Shown here: piece after piece, positions 24,460 to 36,280 of the stretch
How the letters are laid out: the number at the start of each line of letters is the position of its first letter
Position numbering within the stretch: position 1 is the first letter of the stretch
Source: Antechinus flavipes
Taxonomy: Eukaryota
Reading direction: 5' to 3'
Length of the DNA: 64,000 nt
Assembly: GCF_016432865.1 (NCBI RefSeq)
Contig: NC_067404.1
Coordinates: 85,498,001 to 85,562,000 of the forward strand
Notes under the pieces: generated by a model
The model's database searches: none
What the model was told of the DNA's origin: nothing
The model's input: the letters and a program-made list of their open reading frames with translations, nothing else
Position numbers and translations under genes: made by a program

Positions 24460-25024
24460 GCGGGAGCAGACAACTCTCCGGAGTCGGAGCTAGCCCGCTC
24501 GGGAGGTGAGGACATGTGGGGAGAGGGCTGGGGACTGACAAACGGCGGAAAAGGGGACAAGCAGTGAAGGGGGGGATTATACCTGGCCTGGGGCGGGGCG
24601 TGAAAGAAGGGGAGGCGGCACCGAGGAAAGGGAGACCGTTAGGACTGGATCTGGGCGGCTAGGGGACCTTCGCCAGCTAGGTCCCCTTTTCCCAATATAG
24701 CCCACAGAAACATGCCATCGCTTTCGGCACATCATGGGAGGCTAGACCTAAAGACAAAGACTTGTGAGGGCCGTCGAGTCTCAATTTACTGGGTGGGGGA
24801 GGGCATTGAGAGCTAGAGACAAGAGACAATAGGCCAGCATGGCAAAAGCAGTCAAAGCTCTAGTCAGGATGGGATCCCAAGGCCAGAGCGCTGGGGGCTG
24901 AGTGGTAGGAGCCGGATCACAGTCCCAACTCTGTTCCCTTCTCTTTCAATTAGACATCGAGCCAAGAGTGGTTTCAGAATAGTGGAGGACGTTCTGAAGC
25001 GCGCGCATTGAGGAGCAAATTCAG
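24460..25024 (+). other. RIBC1: Putative non-coding 5'UTR exons of RIBC1 (~24460-24505 and ~24955-25024)
   Basis: Donor ggag|gtgagg at ~24506; acceptor tctttcaattag|acatc and donor ttcag|gtgaga bound a ~70-nt exon. Inferred from splice signals only. Confidence 0.5.
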
Positions 25025-25776
25025 GTGAGAGTCTCCCTCAACTGAGCCTGGCTTCCCAGCCTCATCACTCAAATGAAACTGTCCTGTCCCAAACCAGCCC
25101 ACTGAAGTCAGGAGCGGTTTTCTCAGGTCTCAGCTGCCTGCTGCCCATCCTGGTGGGCACCGCAGCTCATTCCTTCTAGAGCTAGGTCACTACTCGAGGC
25201 ACTACTCCTCCTCGTCCACAGGCAGAGCCCCTTTCAGGCTCTTCCCTGGGCCTACTGCTCACTTCCCATGTTCTGGCTTCCTCTGGTTCAGTCCTGTTCT
25301 CCTAACGGCCACCAAGTAATTGCCAATCACAGGCATCCCAAACCCTGTGATTCCAACCTCTATTTCTTCAAAGCATAGTTGAGGGGCCTTGGGCCTAGCC
25401 CCCAGGATAACAGAAAATACCAAAAAAAGCCTGCCCCGAGGCAACCCGGCACCCCCTGGATACAAACAAAGCTCTAGGCTCATCCACTGAGAATTCCCAG
25501 GGTCATTCCCTCCTTAGCATCCTAGCTCTTGACACTACTTGGTATTTCCTTAGCAGTGTAAAAGTTATGGCCCCTGAAAGAAGACCAGTTCCTTAAAAAG
25601 CAGCTGTTCCATCTGTGCCTATTAACTGTTTGTTGAATTGACTAGTGATCACAAGGGCTCCTTGCAGCTCCTCTGATCTGTACCAGCAGTCCTTCCAGCC
25701 GGAAGCTTGCGAAGGAGCTCCAGGAACAGCAGAAATCCCCCTAAGTGCTCCTTGTGTCTCTCAGTATCAAGGTAGG

Positions 25777-28427
25777 ATGTTCAAAGTAGACATCCAATCT
25801 GAACAGAAGCAGGCTGTGGCCATTGAAGCCCGAAGAACCCGAGAAAAACAGAGGCAGAGCCGAATCTTTAATGTTCAGAACCAAGTGATTGGGGTGAGTT
25901 TCCCTAAGATAGCAGAACTGAATCCATCTCTGTGAAGAAGGTCCAGGCACTTTCCCCCCCAAGAGCAGTTTAGCATCGGACTCACTCCCCTTATTTTATA
26001 GAGCTGGAAACTGAGGCTAGATTGAGTTGGCTGGTGTCCCATAGGAAGGGGAGGGGGGCAACAAGAGCTGACTAGAAGCTAGGCCTCCAATTTCTGGTGG
26101 TTCTTTGCCCTGATGCTTCCTTTCCCCTTCTCCCCTTCCGTCCAAGGCCCAAAGGTCTCCCTGGAGGGAAGGAACTAACCTGGTCCACCCTACCCTAGCC
26201 CATCCAAGTCCCAGCTGGCAATTTAAAGCAGCAGGGGTTCTTGAGTGGACTTACTCCTTGATCTGTGGCAGGTGGACATGGAAGCCTTAAAAAACCAGGT
26301 GATGGAACGAAGAAAGAGAGAGGATGCTGAGCGGGCTCGTGAAGAAGCCTTCGGTAAGAGCCCTGGGGGGTCTGCCCCCGAGGGTCCAAAGAGGGAACCC
26401 TGGTTCCTTGACCACCTGTAACCCTTCCCTTCCAGATGCTAACTGTGTCCGGTGTGACTTAATGGCCCAAATGCTGGAGAAGGAGGAAGCGCAGCGTGCC
26501 CGACAGTTAGCTCAGCAAGTGCAGGCCTTTCGTGAGAAGGAGCAGCAGCCCCAACGCTGCCGAGAGTTTGACCCAGGAAGACTGCAGAAAAAGCCAGTAA
26601 GAGCGGGTGACCAGGACCCCTGCTGCGGACCCTCCAGCATGCAGTACTTTGCGGGGGAAGATCTGAACTGCACTACACGCCGGCGTCTACAACAAGAACA
26701 ATCCCGTCGTGATTTGGGCCGTCAGTGGGAGGAGCACCTCCAGGCCAAGAGGCAGGAGAAGTATTTGGGTGAGTGGGGCAATGGGGGGAGATGGGGGCAC
26801 AGATAGGGAACAGCCTTTCCTTCTCTTTCTACCAACTAGGGAAGTGTGGTTAGGAGCAAATGCTCCCAGAGTGGACAGCACAAATCTCAGCTCTGCCCCT
26901 GTAACCTTGGCAAGGCACTGCTGGTCAGAGCCAGACCCCGTGCTAGCTCCTAGAGGCCTTGTCTGTCCTTTTGCCGAGTCTGTTCAGCCGTTGCCGTCAT
27001 CCACTCATCGGCCCAAAATGCTAGCTAGGCCCGAGCACTCAAATCCAGAAACCTATTAGCTGGGGGTTCTGGGCAAGTCGCTTCATCTGTCTCCCTCAGT
27101 TTTCTCAACTGTAAAATGGAGGACAGCACCTCCCTCCCCACAGTGGTACATTGCTTCTGTGGTGCTTGCTAGATCGAGGTCTCCTAATCCGTTTGTTTTT
27201 TCCTTTCTCCCAAGCCCCCACTGAAGTCCTCTACATCACAATCCCCCCCCCCCAATCCACCCCACCCACTCTCCTCTGTACTGTTAGCCTTCAAGTTGAC
27301 TTCCCAAAGTGACTTCAAATGGTCTTTTTTCCTGCCGTTATGATCAGTCACAAAATCGAAAATAAAACTGAAGTAATAATACCGCCCCCCTCCCAAAATC
27401 TGTGTTCACTGAATCAGTTGCTCAGTCCCCTCCCTCCCTACAGATATCTTGGAGGGCCAGAGGCAGATAGAGATGGATCTACGCGCTGTTCACCTGGACG
27501 AACTGGAGGCTACCCATCGTAGAGTCAAGGATGTAGCCATGGCAAATTACAACAGGTCTCAGGTACTGTCACCCCCGTCACCGGGCAGGCCTGGTTATTT
27601 GAATCCAAACTTTCAGAAATCCTGCTTGGGAACACAAATCCCTGCCTGCCTGATTGGCAGAAGGGCAGACCCCACCACAGGAGGGCTCCAGAATCTTGGA
27701 GAAAGGGTGCTCCCCTGGCTCTGTGGAGGGTTTGGGCAAGGACACCAATCCTGGGGCTGTGGGCCTACTAAGGTCACTTTGGGGAGGCCCCTTCCACTCT
27801 ATGAGCCTGGGTGGACAGCACCCCTAGGGCCATGGTTGGGGCAACTCCTAAGCCATGGCTTCTCCTGCCTTCCCCCCAGGCCACGGAAATGGACATACAG
27901 CAGCAACTGGCCCGCCAGAGGGAGCAGGATGACAACCTCACTGAAATCTATAATCACCTGACCAGTGACATGCTGACTGAGAAGCGCCCTGCTTCCTCAA
28001 AATCACAAAAAGTGATCCCGAAACACTGGAAGGGCATGAGCCCTGAACAAATAGCTGCCATCCAGAAGGAACAGGCAGTACAGCGCCTTGAAGCCCAACA
28101 CCGGCGGAAGGCCGAGAAGCGCCAGGAAGCCGAGTGGGCCCGTCAGGAGCAGATGGCTGCTCAGACTGCTTGCCAGCTGGAACATGAGCAACAAGTCCAA
28201 GCACAGAAGCTGCGTCGGGACCTGGACGCCTACAACAAGGAGCTGGCTCAAGAGCAGCAAGCCAAGTGAGTGAGGACGGAGGAGGAGGGTGGGGGGCGGG
28301 GGCCCTGAGTGAGGCAACAGAGCTGACACAAGCTTTACCTTTCAGAAAGGACTACCTGGACAAAGTGGTGTACACCAACGAACCCACATCCCAGTTCTAC
28401 CTGCAGTTCAACACCAGCAGCCGCTGA
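25777..28427 (+). CDS. RIBC1: RIB43A-like with coiled-coils protein 1 (complete, 6 coding exons)
   Basis: Exons 25777-25893, 26272-26353, 26436-26768, 27444-27562, 27880-28265, 28346-28427; all GT/AG and phase-consistent. [33 protein letters not shown]...QYFAGEDL...HWKGMSPEQ...[19 protein letters not shown] matches RIBC1. Confidence 0.95.
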
Positions 28428-28490
28428 GTTGGGAGGCTCAGCCCTAGCATGTGGAACTCGGGCTAGGGCAGGAGTGGAATTCAGTGAAAA

Positions 28491-28496
28491 AATAAA
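28491..28496 (+). terminator. RIBC1 polyadenylation signal AATAAA
   Basis: AATAAA 64 nt after the stop codon. Confidence 0.7.
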
Positions 28497-28575
28497 AGGA
28501 TTTGGGGGATCCACACTGTCACTAGCACATGTTCCTTCTCAACTCTGTGGGACAGCAGAGCTGAGAGAAATCACC

Positions 28576-28581
28576 TTTATT
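28576..28581 (-). terminator. HSD17B10 polyadenylation signal AATAAA
   Basis: tttatt on + strand ~100 nt beyond the stop codon. Confidence 0.7.
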
Positions 28582-28680
28582 AGGCACTAGAGGTTAAGGC
28601 ATAGAAGGCAGAGGCCCTGGGGGGGGCCCCTGTTGCCAGAGGGAGGCCAGCGCCGGCACCCAAACCCTAGGCCTCCAGTG

Positions 28681-30792
28681 TTAGGGCTGCATGCGGATAC
28701 CTCCATCCAGACGGATCACCTCACCGTTGAGCAGGGGATTTTCCACCACGGCCTGCACAAGGTGGGCATACTCTGCTGGATCTCCCAGGCGGCTGGGGAA
28801 GGGCACCTGACGGGCGAGGAAGGAGCGGACTTTCTCAGGGAGTCCCAACAGGAGGGGTGTTTCAAACAGGCCTAGAAAATAACATTTACTGAGTGTCCAC
28901 TGTGTGCCCAAGCACTCTACAAATAGGCCCTCGGTTGATCCTGATGGTAATCTGGGGAGGGAGGTAGGTGCTCTTCAAGACAGAAGGTTCTGTGGCTTGG
29001 CCACGATCAGCCACCATAACTCGGGATGAGTTGCAACTTGGGGTCTGCCTGACTCTAGGCCCAACTTCACCCCTAGACTCTTAAGGCAAGTGGGGATTTT
29101 GAAATTTTGAGGCCGTCAGCCCTGTCCCAAGAGTTCTGACTTTAGCCAAAGTCCCTTCCCTGCCCTGTTTCCCCCTGACAAATGGGGGGGAGGGGGAGGT
29201 ATTAGACCACCTGAAGACCTCTTTAAAGGGTACATTTCATTTCTCAATTCTGAGAAATGAAAAGTTGGCCTGCTAGGAGTTGGGGAGAAGAGGGAAGTTG
29301 GAGATGCTGAAACTTACCTGGAGCAATGGTGACCACCCGGATCCCCATGGGGGCCAGGTCCCGGGCCACAGGTAGGGTCATCCCCACAATGGCCCCTTTG
29401 GATGCAGAATATGCAACCTGTCCAACCTGGGAACAAGGTGTGAAAGTGAATCGACTGTAACTGGGCCCCCAGGCTCATGCAGGGAGAGCTCTGGAGGCTG
29501 TAGGCATACCTGGCCCTCAAAGGCAGCCACGCTGGCTGTGTTGATGATGACACCCCGGTGGCCACCCTCATCGGGCTCATTCTTCCCCATCTCCCCGGCA
29601 GCAAGGCGGATCACGTTGAATGTGCCAATCAGATTGACCTGGGGGGCAGAAGGGGGAAACGAGTCAGTCTTGGGCTCAGTGGGCCTGGGGTTTAAAGCCT
29701 GCCTTAGGGTAGCTAAGTCACCTTAAAACTTCAGTTGGTTCAAACCAGGGGGCCTCACATGGGATCGATGGGCCCCAGGGTCCTTTCTAACTTTCCCAGA
29801 AGCAGAGGTGGGGAGGGGGAGCCAAGGGCTGGAGAGCCTTGATCCCCTGGGGGGGGGACATTGTGACATACCTGGATCACCTTCTGGAAGGCCTCCAGGG
29901 AGTGTGCTTCGTTCTTCTTGAAGTTGTAAGTCTTGGAGGCCACAGCTATGCCAGCGCAATTAACGGCAATGTCTATGCGGCCAAATTTTTCCTGGGCCAA
30001 GGTCAAGGCCCCCTGCACCTCTCCTTCAGAGGTTACCTTGGAGGAGGAAAGTGGGCATCAGCTCACCACCCAGGGTAGTATGGCCCGCCTCCCCCTCCCC
30101 CCCCACAACTCCCACAAACTAGGGAAGGGCCGGCTCGACTTTGGTTTTCTGGGCAAGCTGGCCCTTTTTAGAAGCTGGACTCCTGTGCCCTCCCACCTCA
30201 AGTAGGGGAGATGCAGACTTACATCGGTGGGGGCGAAGGCGCAGGAAGGACCCAGCTCCTTCGCCAGTGCTTCACCAGAGCTGTGAGGTAAGTCCACGAT
30301 GACAGCCCGAGCCCCGTTCTTAACCAGTCTCCTGACCGTGGCCTGGCCCAGGCCTGATGCTCCGCCTGTCACCACACCAACCATGCCCTGCAGGAAGCAG
30401 TCAGTGAGGGGGGGAGGGGCGGGAGAGAAAGTAACAAAGCCTCCTCCCCCATCCCCCCCAGCCTATTAGTTTCCCTGGCTGGGAAGGTGGTAGGGGGAGG
30501 AAGAGGCCACGGCAGCTCCGTCAGCTCCGAGTCAATGGGACCGGAAAGGCTCCGATCACACAGAACCGCAGAGCTCCCAAATTACTGAGGGGAAAACGGG
30601 CTAAACTCAGGCAAGGTCAAGTGATTAGGCCAATGGCGCGGCGTTGGGGCCGTAAACCACACGTCCCCGCATGGATCGGGCCCCGACCCCTTTAACCGGG
30701 GGGAATGCCCTCCCCTGCCCTACTAGACCAGGCTGGGCATGAGGCGATCGGAGGGGTACCTGCAGGGTGCGGATGCCTCGCGTCGCCGCCAT
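28681..30792 (-). CDS. HSD17B10: 3-hydroxyacyl-CoA dehydrogenase type 2 / MRPP2 (complete, 6 exons)
   Basis: Exons 30760-30792, 30223-30387, 29872-30036, 29510-29638, 29318-29426, 28681-28871; GT/AG and phase-consistent. [25 protein letters not shown]...NCAGIA...[22 protein letters not shown]...[13 protein letters not shown] with SDR TGxxxGxG and YxxxK motifs. Confidence 0.98.
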
Positions 30793-30852
30793 AGCTCAGC
30801 TGCAGGTGGCCCGCGCTCCGCTGCAAGGCAACCAATGGGCTCGGAGAGGAAC

Positions 30853-31032
30853 GGAACTGAAGAAATAGGGGAAGGGGCGGGCCACAGGAGCAGCCGCTGA
30901 TTGGTTGGAAGAGGAACTGAGCCGGCGAAATAGAAGGGGCGGGCCACAGGAGCCACCGCTGATTGGCTGGGAGGGGAACTGAGCCGGAGAAATAGAAGGG
31001 GCGGGCCACAGGAGCCACCGCTGATTGGCTCA
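30853..31032. promoter_or_regulatory. HSD17B10 promoter: three tandem ~62-bp units, each with a GC box and a CCAAT box
   Basis: Unit approx. ggaactgagccggagaaatagaaggggcgggccacaggagccaccgctgattggctgg; gattgg at 30899, 30961 and 31023. Confidence 0.85.
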
Positions 31033-31574
31033 GATCTACAAGGGGAGGGAGGGAGTAGAAAAGGAGCTGACCCATTCCCCGACGCCCCGCTCCACGTCTA
31101 GGAAATTGCGGTAGCCAATGGGCGGGGAAGAGGCCGCGGGAGCCGCCGCTGATTGAACCGGATTTGACGGAGGGGGGGGAAGGGGAGGGGAGAAAGGGGA
31201 AGACGGAGACCTCTTCCAGCGGCCCTCCCCCTGCCCGCGGAAGTAGCAAAGGCCACTGGGAGGGGGAGTCTCACCCAAGCCGCCGCTGATTGGTCTGCGT
31301 GAGCGCGGCTTTCGTGGCCCGACAGCCCCGGGGCAGAATGGAAGAAACCGCCAAGGAAAAACGCTGATTGGCCAGCTCTGCCCCTCCGGGTCTCTTGGCG
31401 CCCTCTCAAGGAGGAAAATTTATGAAAAAACTACTCAGATGAACGGGAGGAGAAAAAGATTTATTGGAGGGGTGGGGACCGGGGTGGGGGGAATGAACAA
31501 GTCCTAAAGGAGCCTGAGAAATTGGGGGAGGGGGCAGCAATGAACATTCAGAGCTTGAGAAAAATAAGATTTAT

Positions 31575-33303
31575 ATATTTAGGAATCTATCTGCCAAGGG
31601 AAAATCAGAAACTTTATGAGCAAAACTACAGAACTCTTTCCACACAAATAAAGTCTGATCTAACCAACTGGAAAAATATTAAATGCTCTTGGATTGGGCG
31701 AGCAAATATAATAAAGATGACCATACTACCTAAACTAATCTATTTATTTAGCGCTATACCAATCAGACTCCCAAAAAACTACTTTGATGACCTAGAAAAA
31801 ACAAAGTTCATATGGAAAAACAAAAGGCCAAGAATTTCAAGGGAATTAATGAAAAAAAAACAAATGCAGGTGACCTAGCTGTACCAGATCTAAAACTATA
31901 TTATAAAGCAGCAGTTACTAAAACCATCTGGTATTGGCTAAGAAATAGACTAGTTGATCAATGGAATAGGTTAGGTTCAAAGGGCAAAACAGGCAATAAC
32001 TTTAATAATACAGTGTTTGACAAACCCAAAGACCCCAGTTTCTGGGATAAGAATGCATTATTTGACAAAAATTGCTGGAAAAATTGGAAATTAGCATGGC
32101 AGAAACTAGGCATTGACCCACACTTAACACCGTACACCAAGATAAGGTCAAAATGGGTTCATGACCTAGGCATAAAGAATGACATTCTAAATTGGAAGAG
32201 CATAGGATAGCTTACCTCTCAGACCTGTGGAAGAGGGAGGAAGTTATGACCAAAGAAGAACTAGAGATCACTATTGACCACAACATAGAAAATTTTGATT
32301 ATATCAAATTGAAAAGTTTTTGTACAAACAACAAATGCAAACAAGATTAGAAGGGAAACAATAAACTGGGAAAACATTTTTACAATCAAAGGTTCTGATA
32401 AAGGTCTCTTCTCCAAAATATATAGAGAACTGAGTCTACTACACACCTGTCAGATTGGCTAGAATGACAGGGAAAGATAATGGGGAATGTTGGAGGGGAT
32501 GTGGGAAAACAGGGACACTGATACATTGTTGGTGGAATTGTGAACACATCCAGCCATTCTGGAGAACAATTTGGAATTATGCTCAAAAAGTTATCAAACT
32601 GTGCAAACCCGTTGATCCAGCAGTGTTTCTACTGGTCTTATACCCCAAAGAGATACTAAAGAAGGGAAAGGGACCTGTATGTGCAAGAATGTTTGTGGCA
32701 GTCCTGTTTGTAGTGGCTAGAAACTGGAAAATGAATGGATGCCCATCAATTGGAGAATGGCTGGGTAAATTGTCGTATATGAATGTTATGGAATATTATT
32801 GTTCTGTAAGAAATGACCAGCAGGATGAATACAGAGAGGCCTGGAGAGACTTACATGAATAGATGCTAAGTGAAATGAGCAGAACCAGGAGATCATTATA
32901 TACCTCAACAACGATACTGTTTGAGGACGTATTCTGATGGAAGTGGATCTCTTCGATAAAAAGAGCCTTAATTGATCAAAGATGGACAGAAGCAGCTACA
33001 CCCAAAGAAAGAACACTGGGAAATGAATATAAACTGCTTGCATGTTTTTCTTCCCGGGTTATTTCTACCTTCTGAATCCAGTTCTCCCTGTGCAACAAGA
33101 AAACTGTTTGGTTCTGCACACATAGATTGTATCCAGGATATACTGTAACCTATTCAACATGTAAAGGACTGCTTGCCATCTGGGGGAGGGGGTGGAGGGA
33201 GGGAGGGGGAAAAATTGGAACAGAAGTGAATGCAAGGGATAATGCTGTAAAAAATTACCCTGGCATGCGTTCTATCAATAAAAAGTTATTTTTTAAAAAA
33301 AAA
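31575..33303 (+). mobile_element. 5'-truncated LINE-1 (ORF2 3' part, 3'UTR, A-rich tail), frameshifted
   Basis: YLGIYLPRENQKLYEQNY...CSWIGRANIIKMTILPKLIYLFSAIPI; PDLKLYYKA; CWRGCGKTGTLIHCWW are L1 ORF2 motifs. G-rich 3'UTR and A tail; flanked by gagaaa(aa)taagatttat on both sides (probable TSD). Confidence 0.95.
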
Positions 33304-33574
33304 GAGAAATAAGATTTATTGGGGGGGGGGAGGGGGATGGCAATGAACTAGCCATAATAAACCAGCTTGAGAAATAGATTATGGCGGGGGTGGCAACAAA
33401 CAAGTCCTAAAGGAGCCTGAAATAGAGGATTTATTGGAGGGAGGAGCAATGAACAAGTCCTAAACAAGCTTGAGAAATTGGAGGAGGGGGCAGCAATGAA
33501 CAAGAGCTTGAGAAATAAGATTTATTGGGGGGGGGGAGAACGGCAATGAACAAACCATAATATACAAGCTTGAA

Positions 33575-34259
33575 TGTGGTGGTCTTTTTCTTCCTTAAAA
33601 TATATACTATGAATGGTTCTCTCTGGGAGAGCAGGTTTCTCGGGGAGGTTTTCTGGAGGCAGCCTTAGTATCAGTTCAGATCAATAATTACCCCAAATGC
33701 AGCCAGCTGGTAAAAATGCAAATATTTATTTTCTCCTTCCAAAATAGTCTGGTTAGTTGAGGCCTATCTCTCTGCTTGATTCCAAGAGCTCTTGCAGATT
33801 GTCCTTTGCTTCTGCGTCTTTCTTCAGCCTCCAGCCAGCCCAAGTGGAAAATGGAATGGATCTCTCTTGCCTCGGAGAGAGGACTTCTGGCTAATTCAGC
33901 TCACATATCCACTTGTAACTTCTTCCTCTGAAAACTCTCCTGAGTGGCCCCTTTGAAGCTCTATTTATTCGAGAGAGAGGAATTGTGGGATACCAGAGAG
34001 AGGGATTGTGGGTTTTCTCCCATAGTGCTCTCTGGCCTTAAGAGCTTCAAGGGAGGTGTGAATTTACAAAGTTACAAAGTTTACTTTGTGAATCTCCCAT
34101 ACTTGTGAATTCCAATGAGTAAAGGTGTGAACATAAGCCTTGTATTAATTAGTTCTCCTTAGTACCTTGTTTCAGATTCTGGCCCAAAACATCTTCTTGT
34201 AAGATCAGATCAATAATCTATCAACTCTAATGAGTTAGCAGTTTGTAAGGATTCCAATA
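33575..34259 (-). mobile_element. Probable solo LTR (~685 bp)
   Basis: Minus strand begins TATTGGAATCC and ends ACCACCACA, with an internal AATAAA (~33725). Flanked by cttga(a)/cttga(g) duplication and splits a minisatellite unit. Family not identified. Confidence 0.7.
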
Positions 34260-34809
34260 CTTGAGAAATAGAAGATTATGGGGGGGCAGCAATGAACAAG
34301 TCCTAAACGAGCTTGAGAAATAGAAGACTGACTGGGGGGGGGGCGGTGGCAACGAACAAGCCATAAACAAGCTTGAGAAATGGATTGGGGGAGCAGCAAT
34401 GAACAAGTCCTAAATGATCTTAATAAGATTTATTGGGGGACAGGCAATAAATCGGATTTAAAGTGAAGTCTTTCCAACCTTCAAAGTCCACATAGGAAGA
34501 AGGGGGCGAAGGGGGGCTTAAGGAGAGCTGGAGAACCCTGGTTCTAGCCAGGGGGAGTGGGAGCTTCAGAAGCATAATTTGACCTTGGGTTGATCCTCAG
34601 CAGCGCTGCACCCCAACACACACCACACATACCTCACACATGCAGACACAATGTGGGGCTGTATCTCCAGGCACAAAGGCTCTAGCACTTGCCAGCTTTC
34701 TTTTAGTACTTGAAGGGGCAATTGGGACACCACCTTCCTATCTCCTTTAACCCCTCTTGAATGATCTGCACAGAGACTCCGGGGGCAGACTTTTACCTGC
34801 TCAAGCTGG

Positions 34810-35040
34810 GGCTCTTGCTACTTTAAATTTGATCCTGGAGGTGTGAAGGAGCCACTGGAGGTTACTGAAGAGGGGGGTGACCTGGTCAGACCTGTGCTTC
34901 AGGAAAATCACCTTAGTGACTGAAGAGGATGGACTGGAGTGGGGAGAGATTTGAGGCTGGTGGAGGACCCCCCACCCAACAGTGAAGTGACTGCAGGGCT
35001 CCAGGCCTGAGGAGATGGAGGGGCCTGCATGTAATGTTCT
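34810..35040 (-). mobile_element. LINE-2 3' fragment
   Basis: ggagccactggagg...gtgacctggtcagacctgtgcttcaggaaaatcacc...ggatggactggag resembles the L2 3' region. Confidence 0.55.
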
Positions 35041-36034
35041 GATTGGTTTTCTGGAGGTCTCTGGACCGGGTTTCAGTAATAACCAAGAGACTAGCCAGGT
35101 GTTAAAGTCCAAATTCTTTATGATCTCCTTCACAGTCTAGTTTCCTTGCCTGGGGCCCGGGCCAGCTTTCTGGAGGTTCTCCGAAATGTGTCTTGGTTTC
35201 TGTGGGGGAGGCAGGAGGACCGCCACCACAGTCTCTGTTTTGAAGTCTCCTTCAGTCTGGGAGCTTGTGCTCCAGTCTCCAGTCCTTGGTCTTCCCCGAG
35301 TCTGTTCCAGTCCCCGTCTAAGTTTGACTCTGGCCTCTTAAATACTCTGACAATTCAATCCATTCATCATACTGAGTATAAGCCAATCATCACTAGGGAA
35401 CCATTATTTGTTGTAAGATTAATTCAGTCCTACTGAACTAGAGAACTATCAGTCGCCATGCTAAACTAGAGAACCATTGTCTTCTCGATTCCACTCAGCA
35501 CCTTGTGAGCATCCTGGTTTCAGAGTTCTGATCCATTCCACCTGCACCTATGGATAGGAGCAGTATCAGAGAAGAGGAGGCCTTTGGAATAAGGGGGGGG
35601 GGAGTGGCAAGGAGATAGTGGTTTGGGATGACATTTAGCCCAAGGACTGGAAGGGCGGCGATGTCATTGGCTGGGATCTGTAGGAGGTAGCATTGAGAAC
35701 AGCTTGACCCTTGCCTGGTGCTTGGGCCAATCGAGTCCCAGATTTCTCCCCATCTCCTAACTAGTGGAGGGGCAGGGGAGAATTGGAATGATTCAGACTC
35801 TATTAGGGAAGAGCTTTGGGGGCCACTGAGAGATGGGCCAGAAAGGATAGAGAAGAGGCTGTTCAATTTAGCCTCAAAAAGGTCTTAGATGATTGGAGGG
35901 CTGTTATTGAGGGGGATGGGTGTGTTTGTGCGGCTCCGTGCCCCTCACAGACCGAGTTCTTGGGCACGAGAAATTGCTTGATGTGACCTTGGGATCAGCA
36001 CACAAGAAAGCCAATGTTTTGCAGAGGGTGTGGC

Positions 36035-36040
36035 TTTATT
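36035..36040 (-). terminator. Candidate polyadenylation signal of the protease-like gene
   Basis: AATAAA (tttatt on +) ~240 nt past the TAG at 36281. Confidence 0.55.
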
Positions 36041-36280
36041 TTTGGTAGGGGAAAGGGGGTCATCAACATACATTCGGGGTTCCCTCCTGGTATGTCTCTG
36101 GTACAACCTTGATCTTGCTCTCTCGGTGGAAGGATCCTCTCATAGATATTGGAAGGAGAGAAGATAAGGGAGGGCAGGGGAATGGCCTTCTCCCCTTGGG
36201 CTGTAGAGAGGCTGAACCCCATGGAGCCTTGGACTGGGGTGAGGCTGGATGGGTGCAGTAGTCGGCGTGGGGAAACAGTC

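Larger units (their letters stand above)
31440..34450. repeat. Degenerate ~55-70-bp minisatellite (aatgaacaagtcctaaa..gcttgagaaataagatttattggggg) interrupted by L1 and LTR
   Basis: Units visible at 31440-31574, 33304-33574 and 34260-34450. Confidence 0.8.

Noticed and set aside
35495-35866. 123-aa ORF containing NDIAAL, superficially a fourth protease-domain motif
   Set aside because: No other S1 motifs, and it lies beyond the stop and poly(A) signal of the protease-like gene.
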